The notes under the pieces were generated by a model that saw only the letters and a program-made list of their open reading frames with translations, had not been told where the DNA came from and made no database searches. Positions 38,942-49,268 of a stretch of DNA of 64,000 bases are shown here, in pieces; the stretch's first letter is position 1, and each line of letters starts with the position of its first letter. The translations under genes and the position numbers were made by a program. The stretch is from Alphaproteobacteria bacterium. GTDB lineage: Bacteria > Pseudomonadota > Alphaproteobacteria > GCA-2731375. The stretch lies in contig CBDDPY010000002.1 in NCBI GenBank assembly GCA_965232515.1, positions 96,001-160,000 of the forward strand, given 5' to 3'.

Positions 38942-39963
38942 GCGTCGCCAGCGTCGCCGATCCGACGGATCCGCAAGCCATGGCCGATACCGGGCCGCTG
39001 CTTGAGGTCCGGAACCTGAAAATGCACTTCCCCGTCACCCAGGGCATGCTGATTCAGCGCACGGTCGCCCATGTGAAGGCGGTCGATGGTGTCAGCTTCG
39101 ACATCCGGCGTGGCGAAACCTTGGGACTGGTCGGCGAGTCGGGTTGCGGCAAGACCACGACCGGCCGCTGCATCCTGCAGCTCGAGCGGCCGACTGACGG
39201 CGAGATCATCTTCGACGGCGTCAATCTGACCGAACTGGACAACAAGGCGCTGATCCCGCTGCGCGAGAAGATACAGGTGATCTTCCAGGATCCCTACAGC
39301 TCGCTGAACCCGCGCATGAAGGTGGGCGAGATCATCGCCGAGCCGATGATGGTGCACAAAATCGAGACCGACGCGAAACGCCGACGCGAGCGCGTGGCCG
39401 AGTTGCTGACGGTCTGCGGCCTGAACCCGGCGATGGCGGACCGATATCCGCACGAGATGAGCGGCGGCCAGCGGCAGCGGGTCGGCATCGCGCGGGCGCT
39501 GTCGCTGAATCCAGAGTTCATCATCTGCGATGAAGCGGTCTCGGCGCTCGACGTGTCGATCCAGGCCCAGGTCATCAACCTGCTGGAAGACCTGCGCGAG
39601 CAGTTCAACCTGACCTATCTGTTCATCGCCCACGACCTCAGCGTCGTGCGTCACCTCTGCCATCGGGTGGCGGTGATGTATCTCGGCAAGATGGTCGAGC
39701 TGGCCGACTGCGACGAGCTGTTCGACAACCCGCTGCACCCCTACACCCGGGCCCTGCTGTCGGCGGTGCCGGTGCCGGACCCCGAGGTCGAGCGGCAACG
39801 CGCGCATCAGATCGTCGAGGGCGAGGTGCCGAGCCCGATCAATCCGCCGAGCGGCTGCGTCTTCCATCCGCGCTGTTCGATGGCGGTCGCGGGCTGCAGC
39901 GCCGCCGTGCCCGAGTTCCGGGAGGTCAAGCCCGGACACTGGGTCGCCTGCACGGAGGTTTGA
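38938..39963 (+). CDS. Peptide/nickel ABC transporter ATP-binding protein (OppF/DppF-like)
   Basis: [34 protein letters not shown]. Confidence 0.93.
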   Translation: MSVASVADPTDPQAMADTGPLLEVRNLKMHFPVTQGMLIQRTVAHVKAVDGVSFDIRRGETLGLVGESGCGKTTTGRCILQLERPTDGEIIFDGVNLTELDNKALIPLREKIQVIFQDPYSSLNPRMKVGEIIAEPMMVHKIETDAKRRRERVAELLTVCGLNPAMADRYPHEMSGGQRQRVGIARALSLNPEFIICDEAVSALDVSIQAQVINLLEDLREQFNLTYLFIAHDLSVVRHLCHRVAVMYLGKMVELADCDELFDNPLHPYTRALLSAVPVPDPEVERQRAHQIVEGEVPSPINPPSGCVFHPRCSMAVAGCSAAVPEFREVKPGHWVACTEV

Positions 39964-40034
39964 CTAGTCCGGTAATCCGAGAGGCTTTAACGTCAACTGA
40001 AAAGTCGATGAGAACCAAGGGAGGAGTGTTTCAG

Positions 40035-41645
40035 ATGAAACGGAGTTTCCTGAAAACCGCGACGGCGCTGGTGCTGGGCACATCGCTCGGCCTGACGTCC
40101 GCGATCGCGACGGCGGACACGCCGAAAAAGGGCGGCGTATTGAATTTCGTCGTCGGCAGCAAGATCCCGTCTTATGACGGCCATATCGAAACCACGTTCG
40201 GCATGATCCATCCGATCCGGCCGTTCTACAGCGTGCTGATCCGGGTCAACCCCGACAACCCGTCCTCGCCGACGGATTTCGTCTGCGATCTCTGTGTGGG
40301 CGACGTGCCGAACCCGACCGACGACGGCAAGACCTACACATTCAAGATCCGCGAGGGCGTCAAGTTCCACAACGGCGCGCCGCTGACCGCGCAGGACATC
40401 AAGGCGACCTACGACAAGATCATTTTCCCGCCGGACGGCGTCGCCAGCGCCCGCAAGGCCTTCTTCTCGATGGTTGACACGGTGACGGCGCCGGATGACA
40501 CCACGATCGTGTTCCAGCTGAAGTACCCGTCGGGATCGTTCATTCCGGCGCTCGCAACGCCATTCAACTTTATCTACAGCAAGGCGGACCTCGATCAGCA
40601 CGGCCCCACCTGGCACCAGAAAAACATCAACGGCTCCGGCGCCTTCAAGTTCGTCGAGCACCAGCCCGGCGCTTTCGTCGAAGGCGCCCGCAACGAAGAC
40701 TACTATGTCGACGGCAAGCCTTATCTCGACGGCTTCAAGGCGATCTCGGCGCCGAAGATGGCGGTGCGGCTTCAGGCCATTCGCGGCGACCGGGCGGCGA
40801 TCGAGTTCCGCGGTTTCCCGCCGAAGGCGCGCGACGACCTGGTCAAGGCGTTGGGCGACCAGATCACGGTACAGGAAAGCGATTGGAACTGCGTGCTGCT
40901 GTTCACGCCGAACCAGAAGCGCAAGCCCTTCGACGACGTCCGCGTGCGCAAGGCGCTGACGCTGGCCGTGGACCGCTGGGGCGGCTCGAAGTATCTCTCG
41001 CGGATCGCCATCGTGAAGACGGTCGGCGGCGTTGCCTTCCCGAACCATCCCCTGGCCGCCAACCAGGGCGAGCTGGAGCAGCTGGCCGGTTACGGGACTG
41101 ATCTCGAGAAGTCGCGCGAAGAAGCCCGGCGTCTGCTGAAGGAAGCCGGCGCCGAGGGGCTGGAGTTCGAACTGCACAACCGCGGCGTCGACCAGCCGTA
41201 CAAGGTCGTCGGCACCTGGCTGATCGATCAGTGGAAGCAGGTCGGGCTGAATGTGCGGCAGCGCGTGCAGCCGACGGGCCCGTTCTATGACACGCTTCGC
41301 AAGAAGAAAGACTTCGACGTCTCTCTCGACTTCAACTGCCAGTCGGTCGTGAACCCGCTGGTCGACGTGTCGAAGTTCCTCGGCAGCGCCGGCAACAACT
41401 ACGGCGAATACGAGGACCCCGTCCTGGAGGAGCTGTTCGACAAGATGAACCGGTCAGGCGACGAGGCCGAGCAGCGCGAGCTGATGCGGGCTTACGAGAA
41501 GCGCGCGCTGGACGAGATGGCTCATATTGGCGTGACGCTGTGGTGGTACAAGATCAATCCGCACCGGTCCTACGTGAAGGGTTGGTCGATCGCACCCAGC
41601 CACTATCTCAACCAGGCGCTCGACAACGTCTGGCTGGACAAGTAA
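40035..41645 (+). CDS. ABC transporter substrate-binding protein, family 5
   Basis: Signal peptide; DGKTYTFKIREGVKFHNG, PFDDVRVRKAL; GGAGGAG RBS. Confidence 0.92.
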   Translation: MKRSFLKTATALVLGTSLGLTSAIATADTPKKGGVLNFVVGSKIPSYDGHIETTFGMIHPIRPFYSVLIRVNPDNPSSPTDFVCDLCVGDVPNPTDDGKTYTFKIREGVKFHNGAPLTAQDIKATYDKIIFPPDGVASARKAFFSMVDTVTAPDDTTIVFQLKYPSGSFIPALATPFNFIYSKADLDQHGPTWHQKNINGSGAFKFVEHQPGAFVEGARNEDYYVDGKPYLDGFKAISAPKMAVRLQAIRGDRAAIEFRGFPPKARDDLVKALGDQITVQESDWNCVLLFTPNQKRKPFDDVRVRKALTLAVDRWGGSKYLSRIAIVKTVGGVAFPNHPLAANQGELEQLAGYGTDLEKSREEARRLLKEAGAEGLEFELHNRGVDQPYKVVGTWLIDQWKQVGLNVRQRVQPTGPFYDTLRKKKDFDVSLDFNCQSVVNPLVDVSKFLGSAGNNYGEYEDPVLEELFDKMNRSGDEAEQRELMRAYEKRALDEMAHIGVTLWWYKINPHRSYVKGWSIAPSHYLNQALDNVWLDK

Positions 41646-41668
41646 GCCGGCCGAGACCGGACGATAGC

Positions 41669-41695
41669 GGCCACCCGTCCAATGGGCGGGTGGCC
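41669..41695 (+). terminator. Intra-operon stem-loop after the substrate-binding protein gene (mRNA-stabilising or partial terminator)
   Basis: ggccacccgtcc-aat-gggcgggtggcc, no U-tract. Confidence 0.55.
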
Positions 41696-41712
41696 GGCTG
41701 CCGGGACCTGAG

Positions 41713-42684
41713 ATGTACAAGTATATCGTCAAGCGACTGTTGTTGATGGTGCCCACGCTGTTGGGCGCCGCTGTGCTGGTCTTCGCGCTGTTGCGCATGG
41801 TGCCGGGCGACGTCTGCGAGGTACGCATGGCCGGCACCGGCCTCTATGCGGACCAGGAAGCGATCGATACCTGCCGCGAAAACCTCGGCATGAACGATCC
41901 CTATTACGTTCAGTTCTTCGACTTCATCGCCGGCTACGTCACCTTCGATCTGGGCGAGTCCATGTGGACCGGCAAGCCGGTGACTTATGAGATCGGCATC
42001 CGCTTCGAGCTGTCCTTGCAGCTTGCGATCATGGCGACGCTTGTCGCCATCGCGGTGGCGATACCCTTGGGCGTCATATCGGCGATCAAGCAAAACACGT
42101 GGATCGACTATGTCGTACGGGCCTTCAGTATCGCCGGCATCGCCATGCCGTCGTTCTGGCTCGGGATATTGATCATCCTCGGCTTGTTGATCACCACACA
42201 GGCCTGGTTCGGCCAACCATGGATGCCGCCGATCCAATATGTCTCCGTATTCGAGGACCCCGTCGCCAACATGTCGCAGCTGATCTGGCCGGCGGTGGCC
42301 ACGGGCTATCGTTATTCGGCGGTGGCGACGCGCATGACCCGATCGGCGCTGCTCGAAGTATTGCGCGAGGACTATGTGCGCACCGCCCGAGCCAAGGGCC
42401 TGTTCGAGAGCGTCATCATCAACCGGCACGCCCTGAAGAACGCGCTGCTGCCGGTGGTGACCATCATCGCTTTGGAATTCGCCTTCCTGATGGGCGGCCT
42501 CGTCGTCACCGAGCAGGTCTTCAATCTGAACGGTCTTGGCAAGCTGTTCGTCGAAGCCGTGCTGAACCACGATTTCACGCTGACCCAGCATCTGGTGATG
42601 CTGGTCGTGGCGATCTTCGTTCTCACCAACCTGGTGGTGGACGTGCTGTACGCCTGGCTGGATCCGCGGATCCGCTACAGCTAG
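41713..42684 (+). CDS. ABC transporter permease (OppB/DppB-like)
   Basis: YIVKRLL, EDYVRTARAKGL (EAA loop), DPRIRY. Confidence 0.93.
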   Translation: MYKYIVKRLLLMVPTLLGAAVLVFALLRMVPGDVCEVRMAGTGLYADQEAIDTCRENLGMNDPYYVQFFDFIAGYVTFDLGESMWTGKPVTYEIGIRFELSLQLAIMATLVAIAVAIPLGVISAIKQNTWIDYVVRAFSIAGIAMPSFWLGILIILGLLITTQAWFGQPWMPPIQYVSVFEDPVANMSQLIWPAVATGYRYSAVATRMTRSALLEVLREDYVRTARAKGLFESVIINRHALKNALLPVVTIIALEFAFLMGGLVVTEQVFNLNGLGKLFVEAVLNHDFTLTQHLVMLVVAIFVLTNLVVDVLYAWLDPRIRYS

Positions 42685-42697
42685 CAGGAACGGTCGA

Positions 42698-43597
42698 ATG
42701 GCGACACCGGACATCGGTTACGACAGCAGCGTTGAGGAAATCCCGAAGCCGAAATCCTGGCTCGGCGCGACGCTGGAGATGGCCCGCAAGCAGCCACTGG
42801 GCGCCGCGGGCGGTCTGGTGGTGCTGGTCATGATCTTCATGGCGGTGTTTGCCGAGCTGATCGCGCCCTACGATCCGGAAGCCAACTCGTTCGAATTCAT
42901 GCTGGTCGGCCCGAGCGCGGATTTCCTGCTGGGCACCGATCAGTTCGGCCGGGACCTGTTGTCGCGCATCATCTACGGTGCCCGCACGGCGCTTTATGTC
43001 GGCTTCGTCTCGGCCTTCTTCGGCGCCACGGCCGGCCTGGTGCTGGGCGTTGCCAGCGCCTATTTCGGCGGCAAGATCGATCTCTTGTTCCAGCGGGTGC
43101 TCGACGTCTTCATGGCGTTTCCGTTGATCATCATGGCGCTCGCCGTCGTCGCCATTCTGGGCACCGGCACCCAGAACGTGATCATCGCCATCACCGTGCC
43201 GTTCATCCCTCAATGCGCCCGCGTCGTGCGGTCGAGCGCGCTGGCGATCCGCGAGATTCCCTATGTCGATGCGGCCCGGGCCTGCGGCTTCAGCCATACC
43301 CGGATCATCCTCCGGCACATGGCGCCGAACGTTATGGCGCCTTACCTGATCATGCTGACCTCGTTCGTCGGCCAAGCCATCCTGCTGGAAGCGTCGCTCT
43401 CCTATCTCGGCCTCGGTGTGCAGGAGCCGACGGCCGCCTGGGGCCTGATGCTGCAAGGCGGCGCCGAGGAGTACGCCGAGAGCGCGCCGTGGGTGGCCGT
43501 CTTCCCGGGCCTGGCGATTACGCTCGCGGTGTTCGGCTTCAACCTGTTCGGCGACGCGCTGCGCGACATGCTCGATCCAAAGTTGCGGTCGCGCTGA
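42698..43597 (+). CDS. ABC transporter permease (OppC/DppC-like)
   Basis: LGTDQFGRD, YVDAARACG, GDALRDMLDP. Confidence 0.93.
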   Translation: MATPDIGYDSSVEEIPKPKSWLGATLEMARKQPLGAAGGLVVLVMIFMAVFAELIAPYDPEANSFEFMLVGPSADFLLGTDQFGRDLLSRIIYGARTALYVGFVSAFFGATAGLVLGVASAYFGGKIDLLFQRVLDVFMAFPLIIMALAVVAILGTGTQNVIIAITVPFIPQCARVVRSSALAIREIPYVDAARACGFSHTRIILRHMAPNVMAPYLIMLTSFVGQAILLEASLSYLGLGVQEPTAAWGLMLQGGAEEYAESAPWVAVFPGLAITLAVFGFNLFGDALRDMLDPKLRSR

Positions 43598-43640
43598 TCG
43601 CCGAGGTTCTGCGGCGGCCGATCGTCTTTCGCGCGACCGC

Positions 43641-44573
43641 TCAGTTGGATGGCTCGATCAGGATTTCGATGCCGCATTCCTTGGCTTGCCGCAAACGCTC
43701 AATCGCCGCCGCGTCCGTGACCCGCTGAACCGTCACGTCTTGATCCGGCACGCCGCTTGCGCTCATTGCCTTGGCAACGGCGCCTGCCCGTAGTTCCCAG
43801 AGCAACACCTCTATCGGCGCGGCGCCGTCGGGTTCGGCTCCTGCAGTAATCAACACCTCTGTTCCGGCCAGCTTTTGCGCCGCAGAACCCGCCTGCGTCA
43901 ACGTGGCAACGGCGTCGTCATTGAGGTCGGCGCTTGCAACAGCAAAACGAACAACGAACCTTGTGGGTAGGCAGGCCGTCCGGACCAGCGCAGTTTCGAC
44001 GTCTGCCGGCGCCAAGCCAACATCACCGTCTCCGTCGCCGCTGCCGGGACCGCCGTCGCCGACAGGACCACCGTCGCCGCCGGGTCCGCCATCTCCGTCG
44101 CCACCGCCGTCTCCGCCGCCACCGTCTCCGCCGCCACCGTCTCCGCCGCCACCGTCTCCGCCGCCACCGTCTCCGCCGCCGCCATCTCCGCCGCCACCAT
44201 CTCCGCCGCCACCGTCTCCGCCACCACCGTCTCCGCCACCACCGTCTCCGCCACCACCGTCTCCGTCGTCTCCGCCATCCCCGTCGTCGTCGTCATCATC
44301 GTCGTCATCATCGTCGTCATCATCGTCGTCGTCGTCGTCGTCATCATCGTCGTCGTCATCATCGTCGTCGTCATCATCATCGTCGTCATCATCATCGTCG
44401 TCGTCATCGTCGTCGTCGTCGTCATCACCGCCATCGCCCTTGGCGACGGCCGGGACGACGTCGAGACGGCGGTCGTCGACGGCGAATGTCAGGGGTGTCA
44501 CGATGAGCAGTAGCGCGAGCAGCGAGGTCGACAGGAGTGATACGGCGCGTTCGAGGCGCGCATTCCTACCCAT
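43641..44573 (-). CDS. Exported hyper-acidic protein: signal/anchor helix + poly-Asp + (GGGGD)n + degenerate OmpA-like C-terminal domain
   Basis: GAGGGAGG RBS before ATG 44573; hydrophobic LLALLLIVTPL; VRFAVASADL...LRAGAVAKAM..SGV resembles OmpA_C. Confidence 0.7.
   Translation of the reverse strand: MGRNARLERAVSLLSTSLLALLLIVTPLTFAVDDRRLDVVPAVAKGDGGDDDDDDDDDDDDDDDDDDDDDDDDDDDDDDDDDDDDDDDDDDDDDDDDGDGGDDGDGGGGDGGGGDGGGGDGGGGDGGGGDGGGGDGGGGDGGGGDGGGGDGGGGDGGGDGDGGPGGDGGPVGDGGPGSGDGDGDVGLAPADVETALVRTACLPTRFVVRFAVASADLNDDAVATLTQAGSAAQKLAGTEVLITAGAEPDGAAPIEVLLWELRAGAVAKAMSASGVPDQDVTVQRVTDAAAIERLRQAKECGIEILIEPSN
44100..44426 (-). repeat. Coding low-complexity repeats: 48 Asp codons (44283-44426) and ten 15-bp GGGGD units (about 44109-44258)
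   Basis: Direct reading of gtc/atc triplets and ccgccgccaccgtct units on the + strand. Confidence 0.95.
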
Positions 44574-44921
44574 GCCGGTTCCTCCCTCTTCTGGCCGTCT
44601 GCGCGGCCTGGACTCGGCGATCGGTCGCAATGTTCCGAATAGAATACCAGATTTCTCTGATATTCGATATCTCAACGCGTAACGGTCAATCTAAGTGTTG
44701 TCCGAATCATCCAGCGCCAAAACTGTCGTGCGATGCTTGGCCAATACTATCTTTCTTGAACGAAATCCGTATCTTTTGTTCATTCAAAAATTTTTTGTTG
44801 ATCTTGTATCCGTTTCTACTTCGTCGGTAACAGCATCGCGACAGGCGCGTTCAATACCGCAACCGCTCGCAACGACACAGGAGGGACCCCGGCGATTGTC
44901 GTCATCGTGCCGGCTTGGAGG

Positions 44922-46529
44922 TCAGAATTGTGCGGCGTACTGCGCCGGGTCAATGTTGGCGCCAATCACCAGCGGCCGGTCCTGCGCGGCTTGACCGTTC
45001 ATGGCTTTTTCCAGGCCCGAGACGCTGTCGACGGCGATGCCGTCGCAGCCCATGGACTCGGCCAGTTTCACGGTGTCGGTCGGCTCGATCAGCGTGCCCT
45101 CGCTCGGATACTGTCGGGCCATCTGCTTCAGTTCGATGCGGTTCAAGGTGTTGTCGCAGAACACCACGACCTTGAGGCCGAGCTTCAGGCTGGCCGCCAG
45201 CCGCAGTTCGCCTTGCACCATGGCAAGCCCGCCGTCGCCGGTGAAGCAGACCACCGGACGGTCGCCCAGCAAGTGCTTGGCGGTGATGGCGGCGGGGAGC
45301 GCATAGCCCATCGAGGACAGGCCGTTCGTCATCAAGACGCCGCGCGGCTGATAGGTCGCCCAGCCCTGGCCGACCAGCAGCTTGTGCGAGCCGACATCGG
45401 TCGAGACCACGGTATCGCGCGGCATGGCGGCGCGCACCGTGTCGATCACGTCGGTCGGATTGAGCGCGCCGGTCACGCGTCCCTCGTAATAGTGCTTCAT
45501 CAGGCCGTCGCGATGCGCGGCGACCTCGGCCTCGGTCCACTTGGTGGTCGCGCCGCCGCCGGCATCGGTCAGCGCCTCGAGGATCCGGCCGATATCGCCG
45601 ACAACCTCGATCTCGGCCGGGTAGATCTGATCGGTGTTCGGCGTCGAGTCGATATGGATGACAGGCGCCGTCGGCGACCAGGGTTTGATCAGCTCGACGG
45701 CGTCGAAGCCGACACAAAGGATCAGGTCTGACTGGCCGAGAAAATCCCAGAGATAGGCATTGCAGGCCATATCGAGCGTGCCGGCAAAATAGGGGTGATC
45801 CTCCGCCAGCACGCCCTTGGCCATCGGCGCGACGACGACCGGCAGGCCATACCTCTCGGCGAAACGGGCCAAGGCCTTGCCGGCGTCCGCGCGCTGGGCC
45901 GAAATGCCCGTGACGATTACGGGCCGTTTCGCAGTCCTGAGTCGTTTGACGGGATCGGCAGGTGTTTCGTTGGCGAAGACTTGGATATCCGGCAGTGTCG
46001 GGACCATGGGAGGCAAGGCGATCCTGTCATCTGAGGCATCGGCGCCGACCACGTTCGCCGGCGTCGAGATGTGCACCGGGCCCGGCCGTTCCGCCACGGC
46101 CAGCCGCAGCGCCTTGCGCATGACCGTGGCGACGGTGTCGGGCTGGATCGCTGTCGTCCATTTGCTGATGGCTGAGAACAACCGGTTGTGGTCCAACACC
46201 TGGTGCGTGAAATAGGGCGCGCGCTGGTCGTCGATTTGCCCGGACAACGCCAGCATCGGCACGCGATCGAGGTGGGCGTTGGCGACGGCGTTGACCAGGT
46301 TCGACGAGCCGGGCCCGAGTGTCGACAGGCAGACGCCCGGGCGGCCGGTGATCTGGCCGTAGGCCTCGGCCATCAGCCCGGCCGTGCCCTCGCGGCGGGC
46401 CAGCACGAACTCCAGCCCGGCGCGGCGGGCGGCCTCCAGGAACTCCACGTTCGGATCGCCCGGATAACCGAACACATGCTCGATCCCGGCGGCCCGGAGG
46501 TATTCGATAATGACCTGGCTGGCGTTCAT
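44922..46529 (-). CDS. Thiamine-pyrophosphate-dependent enzyme (acetolactate synthase-like family)
   Basis: VFGYPG, RREGTAGLMAE, TLGPGSSN, TDVGSH, TGDGGLAM...DN TPP motif. Confidence 0.9.
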   Translation of the reverse strand: MNASQVIIEYLRAAGIEHVFGYPGDPNVEFLEAARRAGLEFVLARREGTAGLMAEAYGQITGRPGVCLSTLGPGSSNLVNAVANAHLDRVPMLALSGQIDDQRAPYFTHQVLDHNRLFSAISKWTTAIQPDTVATVMRKALRLAVAERPGPVHISTPANVVGADASDDRIALPPMVPTLPDIQVFANETPADPVKRLRTAKRPVIVTGISAQRADAGKALARFAERYGLPVVVAPMAKGVLAEDHPYFAGTLDMACNAYLWDFLGQSDLILCVGFDAVELIKPWSPTAPVIHIDSTPNTDQIYPAEIEVVGDIGRILEALTDAGGGATTKWTEAEVAAHRDGLMKHYYEGRVTGALNPTDVIDTVRAAMPRDTVVSTDVGSHKLLVGQGWATYQPRGVLMTNGLSSMGYALPAAITAKHLLGDRPVVCFTGDGGLAMVQGELRLAASLKLGLKVVVFCDNTLNRIELKQMARQYPSEGTLIEPTDTVKLAESMGCDGIAVDSVSGLEKAMNGQAAQDRPLVIGANIDPAQYAAQF

Positions 46530-46618
46530 GTTCGGCCCAATCGGTTGCGACAAGCGGCGGGTGGCAAGGTATCATAGACCTGGATCCATTGGCGTCGGCA
46601 GCGAGGGAACCGGAGACG

Positions 46619-48025
46619 ATGACAGTGGCGGTGGAGGCGGGCGAAGCGCCGCCCGGGCCGACGCGCAGCCTCGCGCGGTTCGTCTGCGATTTGCGCTATG
46701 ACGCGCTCGCCGGACCGACCCGGCACGCCGCGCGCCGGCACATTCTCGATACCATCGGCGCCTGTGTCGCCGGCGCGCGGGAGCAGGTTGCGGACGCGGT
46801 CGCCGCGGTGTTCGCGGATGCCGGCATTGGTGGCAACGTGCCGGTGCCGGGGCGCGACGGCAGGGTCGATCTGCTGAACGCCGCCTATCTTGCCGGCGCC
46901 AGCGCGCACGGCCTGGAGTTGGACGACGGCTATCGCAACGGCTCGGTGCATGCCGGCGCCGTGGTGGTGCCGGCGGCGCTGGCGGCGGCCTATCGCCGGC
47001 GCGCCAGTGGACGCGATCTGCTGACAGCCGTGGTTGCCGGCTACGAGGTGGCGGCTCGGGTGTCGGCGGCCGGCCATCCGCGTGTGCGCTGGCGTGGTTT
47101 TCACACGACCTCGACGTCGGGCGTGTTCGGCGCCGCCTCGGCCGTGGGATTGTTGCACGGGCTGGACGAAGAGCGGTTGATGAATGCCTTCGGCCTGGCG
47201 GCCAGCAGCGCCGCCGGCCTGTTCGCCTTCGTTCAGGGGGGTGGCGACGTGAAACGCCTGCATCCGGGGCATGCCGCGCGGGAAGGCTTGCTGGCGGCTT
47301 TGCTGGCGGGGCAGGGGCTGGCCGGGCCGCCCGACGTCTTGGAGGCGGTCGACGGCTATTTCCATGCCTTTGCCGGCGACGATCCGCGCGACGCGGGCTA
47401 CCGAGCGCCAGATCCGTTCGCCGACTGGCAGGGCTATGCCATCGAGGACTGCTACATCAAGCCCTATGCCTGCTGCCGGCATATTCACCCCGCGCTCGAT
47501 GCCATGCTGGATGTCCTCAACGCCCAAGATCTGTCGCCGGCTGACGTGGCGCGCGTCGACGTGGCCACTTACAGGGTGGCCGCCGCTCATGCCGCGGCCG
47601 GCTGGGAAAACATGGGCACGGCGCAGCTCAGCTTTCCCTTCGTCATGGCGGTCGGCCTGCACAAGCGCAACGTCGATCTCGACGACTTCTCCGAAGCGCG
47701 TCGAAGCGATCCCGCCATCACCGGCGATTGCGCCAAGTTCCACGTCACGGTCGACCCCGAATGTGACGCCAACTATCCGCGCCTGCGGCCGGCAAAGGTG
47801 CGGCTGACGACCATCTCAGGCGATACCTTTGCGGCACAGGTCGACGATGCCTACGGCTCGCCGTTGAACCCGATGGACGATGCGGCGCTGGCGGAAAAAT
47901 ATCGTGCGATCACGGCCCCCGTATTGGGCGATGACCTGTGCAACACCACGCTCGACATGCTGTGGGGACTGGACAGTCTGGACAAGATCGCGCCGCTGGC
48001 GGACATGCTGGCCCAGCCGGTTTGA
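46619..48025 (+). CDS. MmgE/PrpD family protein
   Basis: AHGLELDDG, HAG, GFH, KRLHPG, IKPYACCRHIH, GSPLNPM. Confidence 0.9.
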   Translation: MTVAVEAGEAPPGPTRSLARFVCDLRYDALAGPTRHAARRHILDTIGACVAGAREQVADAVAAVFADAGIGGNVPVPGRDGRVDLLNAAYLAGASAHGLELDDGYRNGSVHAGAVVVPAALAAAYRRRASGRDLLTAVVAGYEVAARVSAAGHPRVRWRGFHTTSTSGVFGAASAVGLLHGLDEERLMNAFGLAASSAAGLFAFVQGGGDVKRLHPGHAAREGLLAALLAGQGLAGPPDVLEAVDGYFHAFAGDDPRDAGYRAPDPFADWQGYAIEDCYIKPYACCRHIHPALDAMLDVLNAQDLSPADVARVDVATYRVAAAHAAAGWENMGTAQLSFPFVMAVGLHKRNVDLDDFSEARRSDPAITGDCAKFHVTVDPECDANYPRLRPAKVRLTTISGDTFAAQVDDAYGSPLNPMDDAALAEKYRAITAPVLGDDLCNTTLDMLWGLDSLDKIAPLADMLAQPV

Positions 48026-48027
48026 CG

Positions 48028-48594
48028 GTGCCGACCCGGGGTACACTGGTCCTGATTGTCGGACCGTCGGGCGCCGGCAAGGACAGCTTGATCGAAGGTG
48101 CGCGGGCGCGACTTGCGACGAACGGCGACTTCATTTTTCCACAGCGCGACATCACCCGCGCCGCCGACCTCGGCGGCGAGGATTACAACGCCGTCAGCAC
48201 GGCCGAGTTCGATCGGCGACGCGCCGCCGGTGCTTACAGTCTGTCGTGGGGCGCGCACAACCTCTACTACGGCGTACCTGCCGACATCGAACAGAATCTG
48301 CATGCCGGTTCGAGCGTGGTCGTCAACGTTTCTCGCGCCATCCTGGACGACGCGCGTGACCGCTTGACGCCCGTCCGCGTCGTCAACGTGACGGTGCCGG
48401 CAGCGATCCTGGCCGAACGGCTGGCGGCGCGCGGGCGGGAAAGTCTGACCGATATCGAGGCGCGGCTCGCGCGCGCGACGGCCTATGACGTTGACGGCGA
48501 CGACGTCGTGCACTTCGTCAACGACCGGCCGTTGACGGAATCGATTGCCGCCTTCGTTGAGGTCCTGACGTCTTGTCAGCCGGTGAAGGGGTAG
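48028..48594 (+). CDS. phnN: Ribose 1,5-bisphosphokinase PhnN
   Basis: VGPSGAGKDS, RDITR, WGAHNLYYG, VNVSR, RLAARGRE. Confidence 0.9.
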   Translation: MPTRGTLVLIVGPSGAGKDSLIEGARARLATNGDFIFPQRDITRAADLGGEDYNAVSTAEFDRRRAAGAYSLSWGAHNLYYGVPADIEQNLHAGSSVVVNVSRAILDDARDRLTPVRVVNVTVPAAILAERLAARGRESLTDIEARLARATAYDVDGDDVVHFVNDRPLTESIAAFVEVLTSCQPVKG

Positions 48595-49268
48595 CGGCCC
48601 AGTATGTCGAAGGGCAAGTCGCGATTGGCCTGACGGTAGATGGCGATGCCGTCGACATCGAGCGGCGTCTTGGTGGCGGCGGCCGCCAGCGGCTCCAGGG
48701 CCGTCATCACCAGCGCCCGGTCCGCCTCGGATAACCGCTGCGTCAGCGTCATGTGAAAGCGGAACTCGTCCATCACGTAGGGGTAGCCCCAGGCCTGCAA
48801 CAGGTCTTGCTGGCGTGGGCTCAGACCCGCGGCGCGACGCTTGGCGAGTTCGGCCGCGCCGGCCGGCGCCCGGAAGCCGTCGAATTCACGGACGCAAGCG
48901 TCCGCCAGGTCCTGCATGTCGGGGCTGGGTGCCGACAGTACCAGCGCGGTAAAACCGGACAGCGCCGCGACCTTCAGGCGTGGCACCGTGAAGGGCGTCC
49001 GCGATCCGGCAAACCTCTGCGCCGCGGCGATCAGGTCCGCTTCGCCACGGCCATCGGCCAGCGCGAATGGCGGCTTCAGGGTGCCATGAAAACCGTAGTG
49101 GCGCGGCGACGCGGTAATTTCGGCGAGCCGGCCCGGCGTCAGCCCATCCACGGCGGGCTGCGTTCGTTCCGTACCGTCGGCGCAGTCGCGTCCCAGCCAG
49201 TTGGCGCCGAGCTCCGCCAGCGCGCTGCCGGGCGGCGGCGCGAAATAGATCGCGTAGCGGGCGGTCAC
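48576..49268 (-). CDS. DUF1045 phosphonate-cluster 2H-phosphoesterase-like protein
   Basis: RYAIYFAP, YGFHGTLKPPF and FRFHMTLT (two HxT motifs); GTG overlaps the HD gene stop. Confidence 0.85.
   Translation of the reverse strand: MTARYAIYFAPPPGSALAELGANWLGRDCADGTERTQPAVDGLTPGRLAEITASPRHYGFHGTLKPPFALADGRGEADLIAAAQRFAGSRTPFTVPRLKVAALSGFTALVLSAPSPDMQDLADACVREFDGFRAPAGAAELAKRRAAGLSPRQQDLLQAWGYPYVMDEFRFHMTLTQRLSEADRALVMTALEPLAAAATKTPLDVDGIAIYRQANRDLPFDILGRYPFTG

Noticed and set aside
44100-44426. Tandem repeats as a possible CRISPR array
   Set aside because: 3- and 15-bp units with no unique spacers, in-frame coding, and no cas genes
43771-44682. Pro/Ser-rich plus-strand ORF (and His/Arg-rich or Thr/Met-rich alternative frames) over the repeat
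   Set aside because: These are shadows of the minus-strand poly-Asp gene, which has the RBS, hydrophobic leader and OmpA-like domain
46567-46581. aggt-atcatag-acct palindrome between the TPP and PrpD genes as an operator
   Set aside because: Only 4-bp arms, within chance expectation
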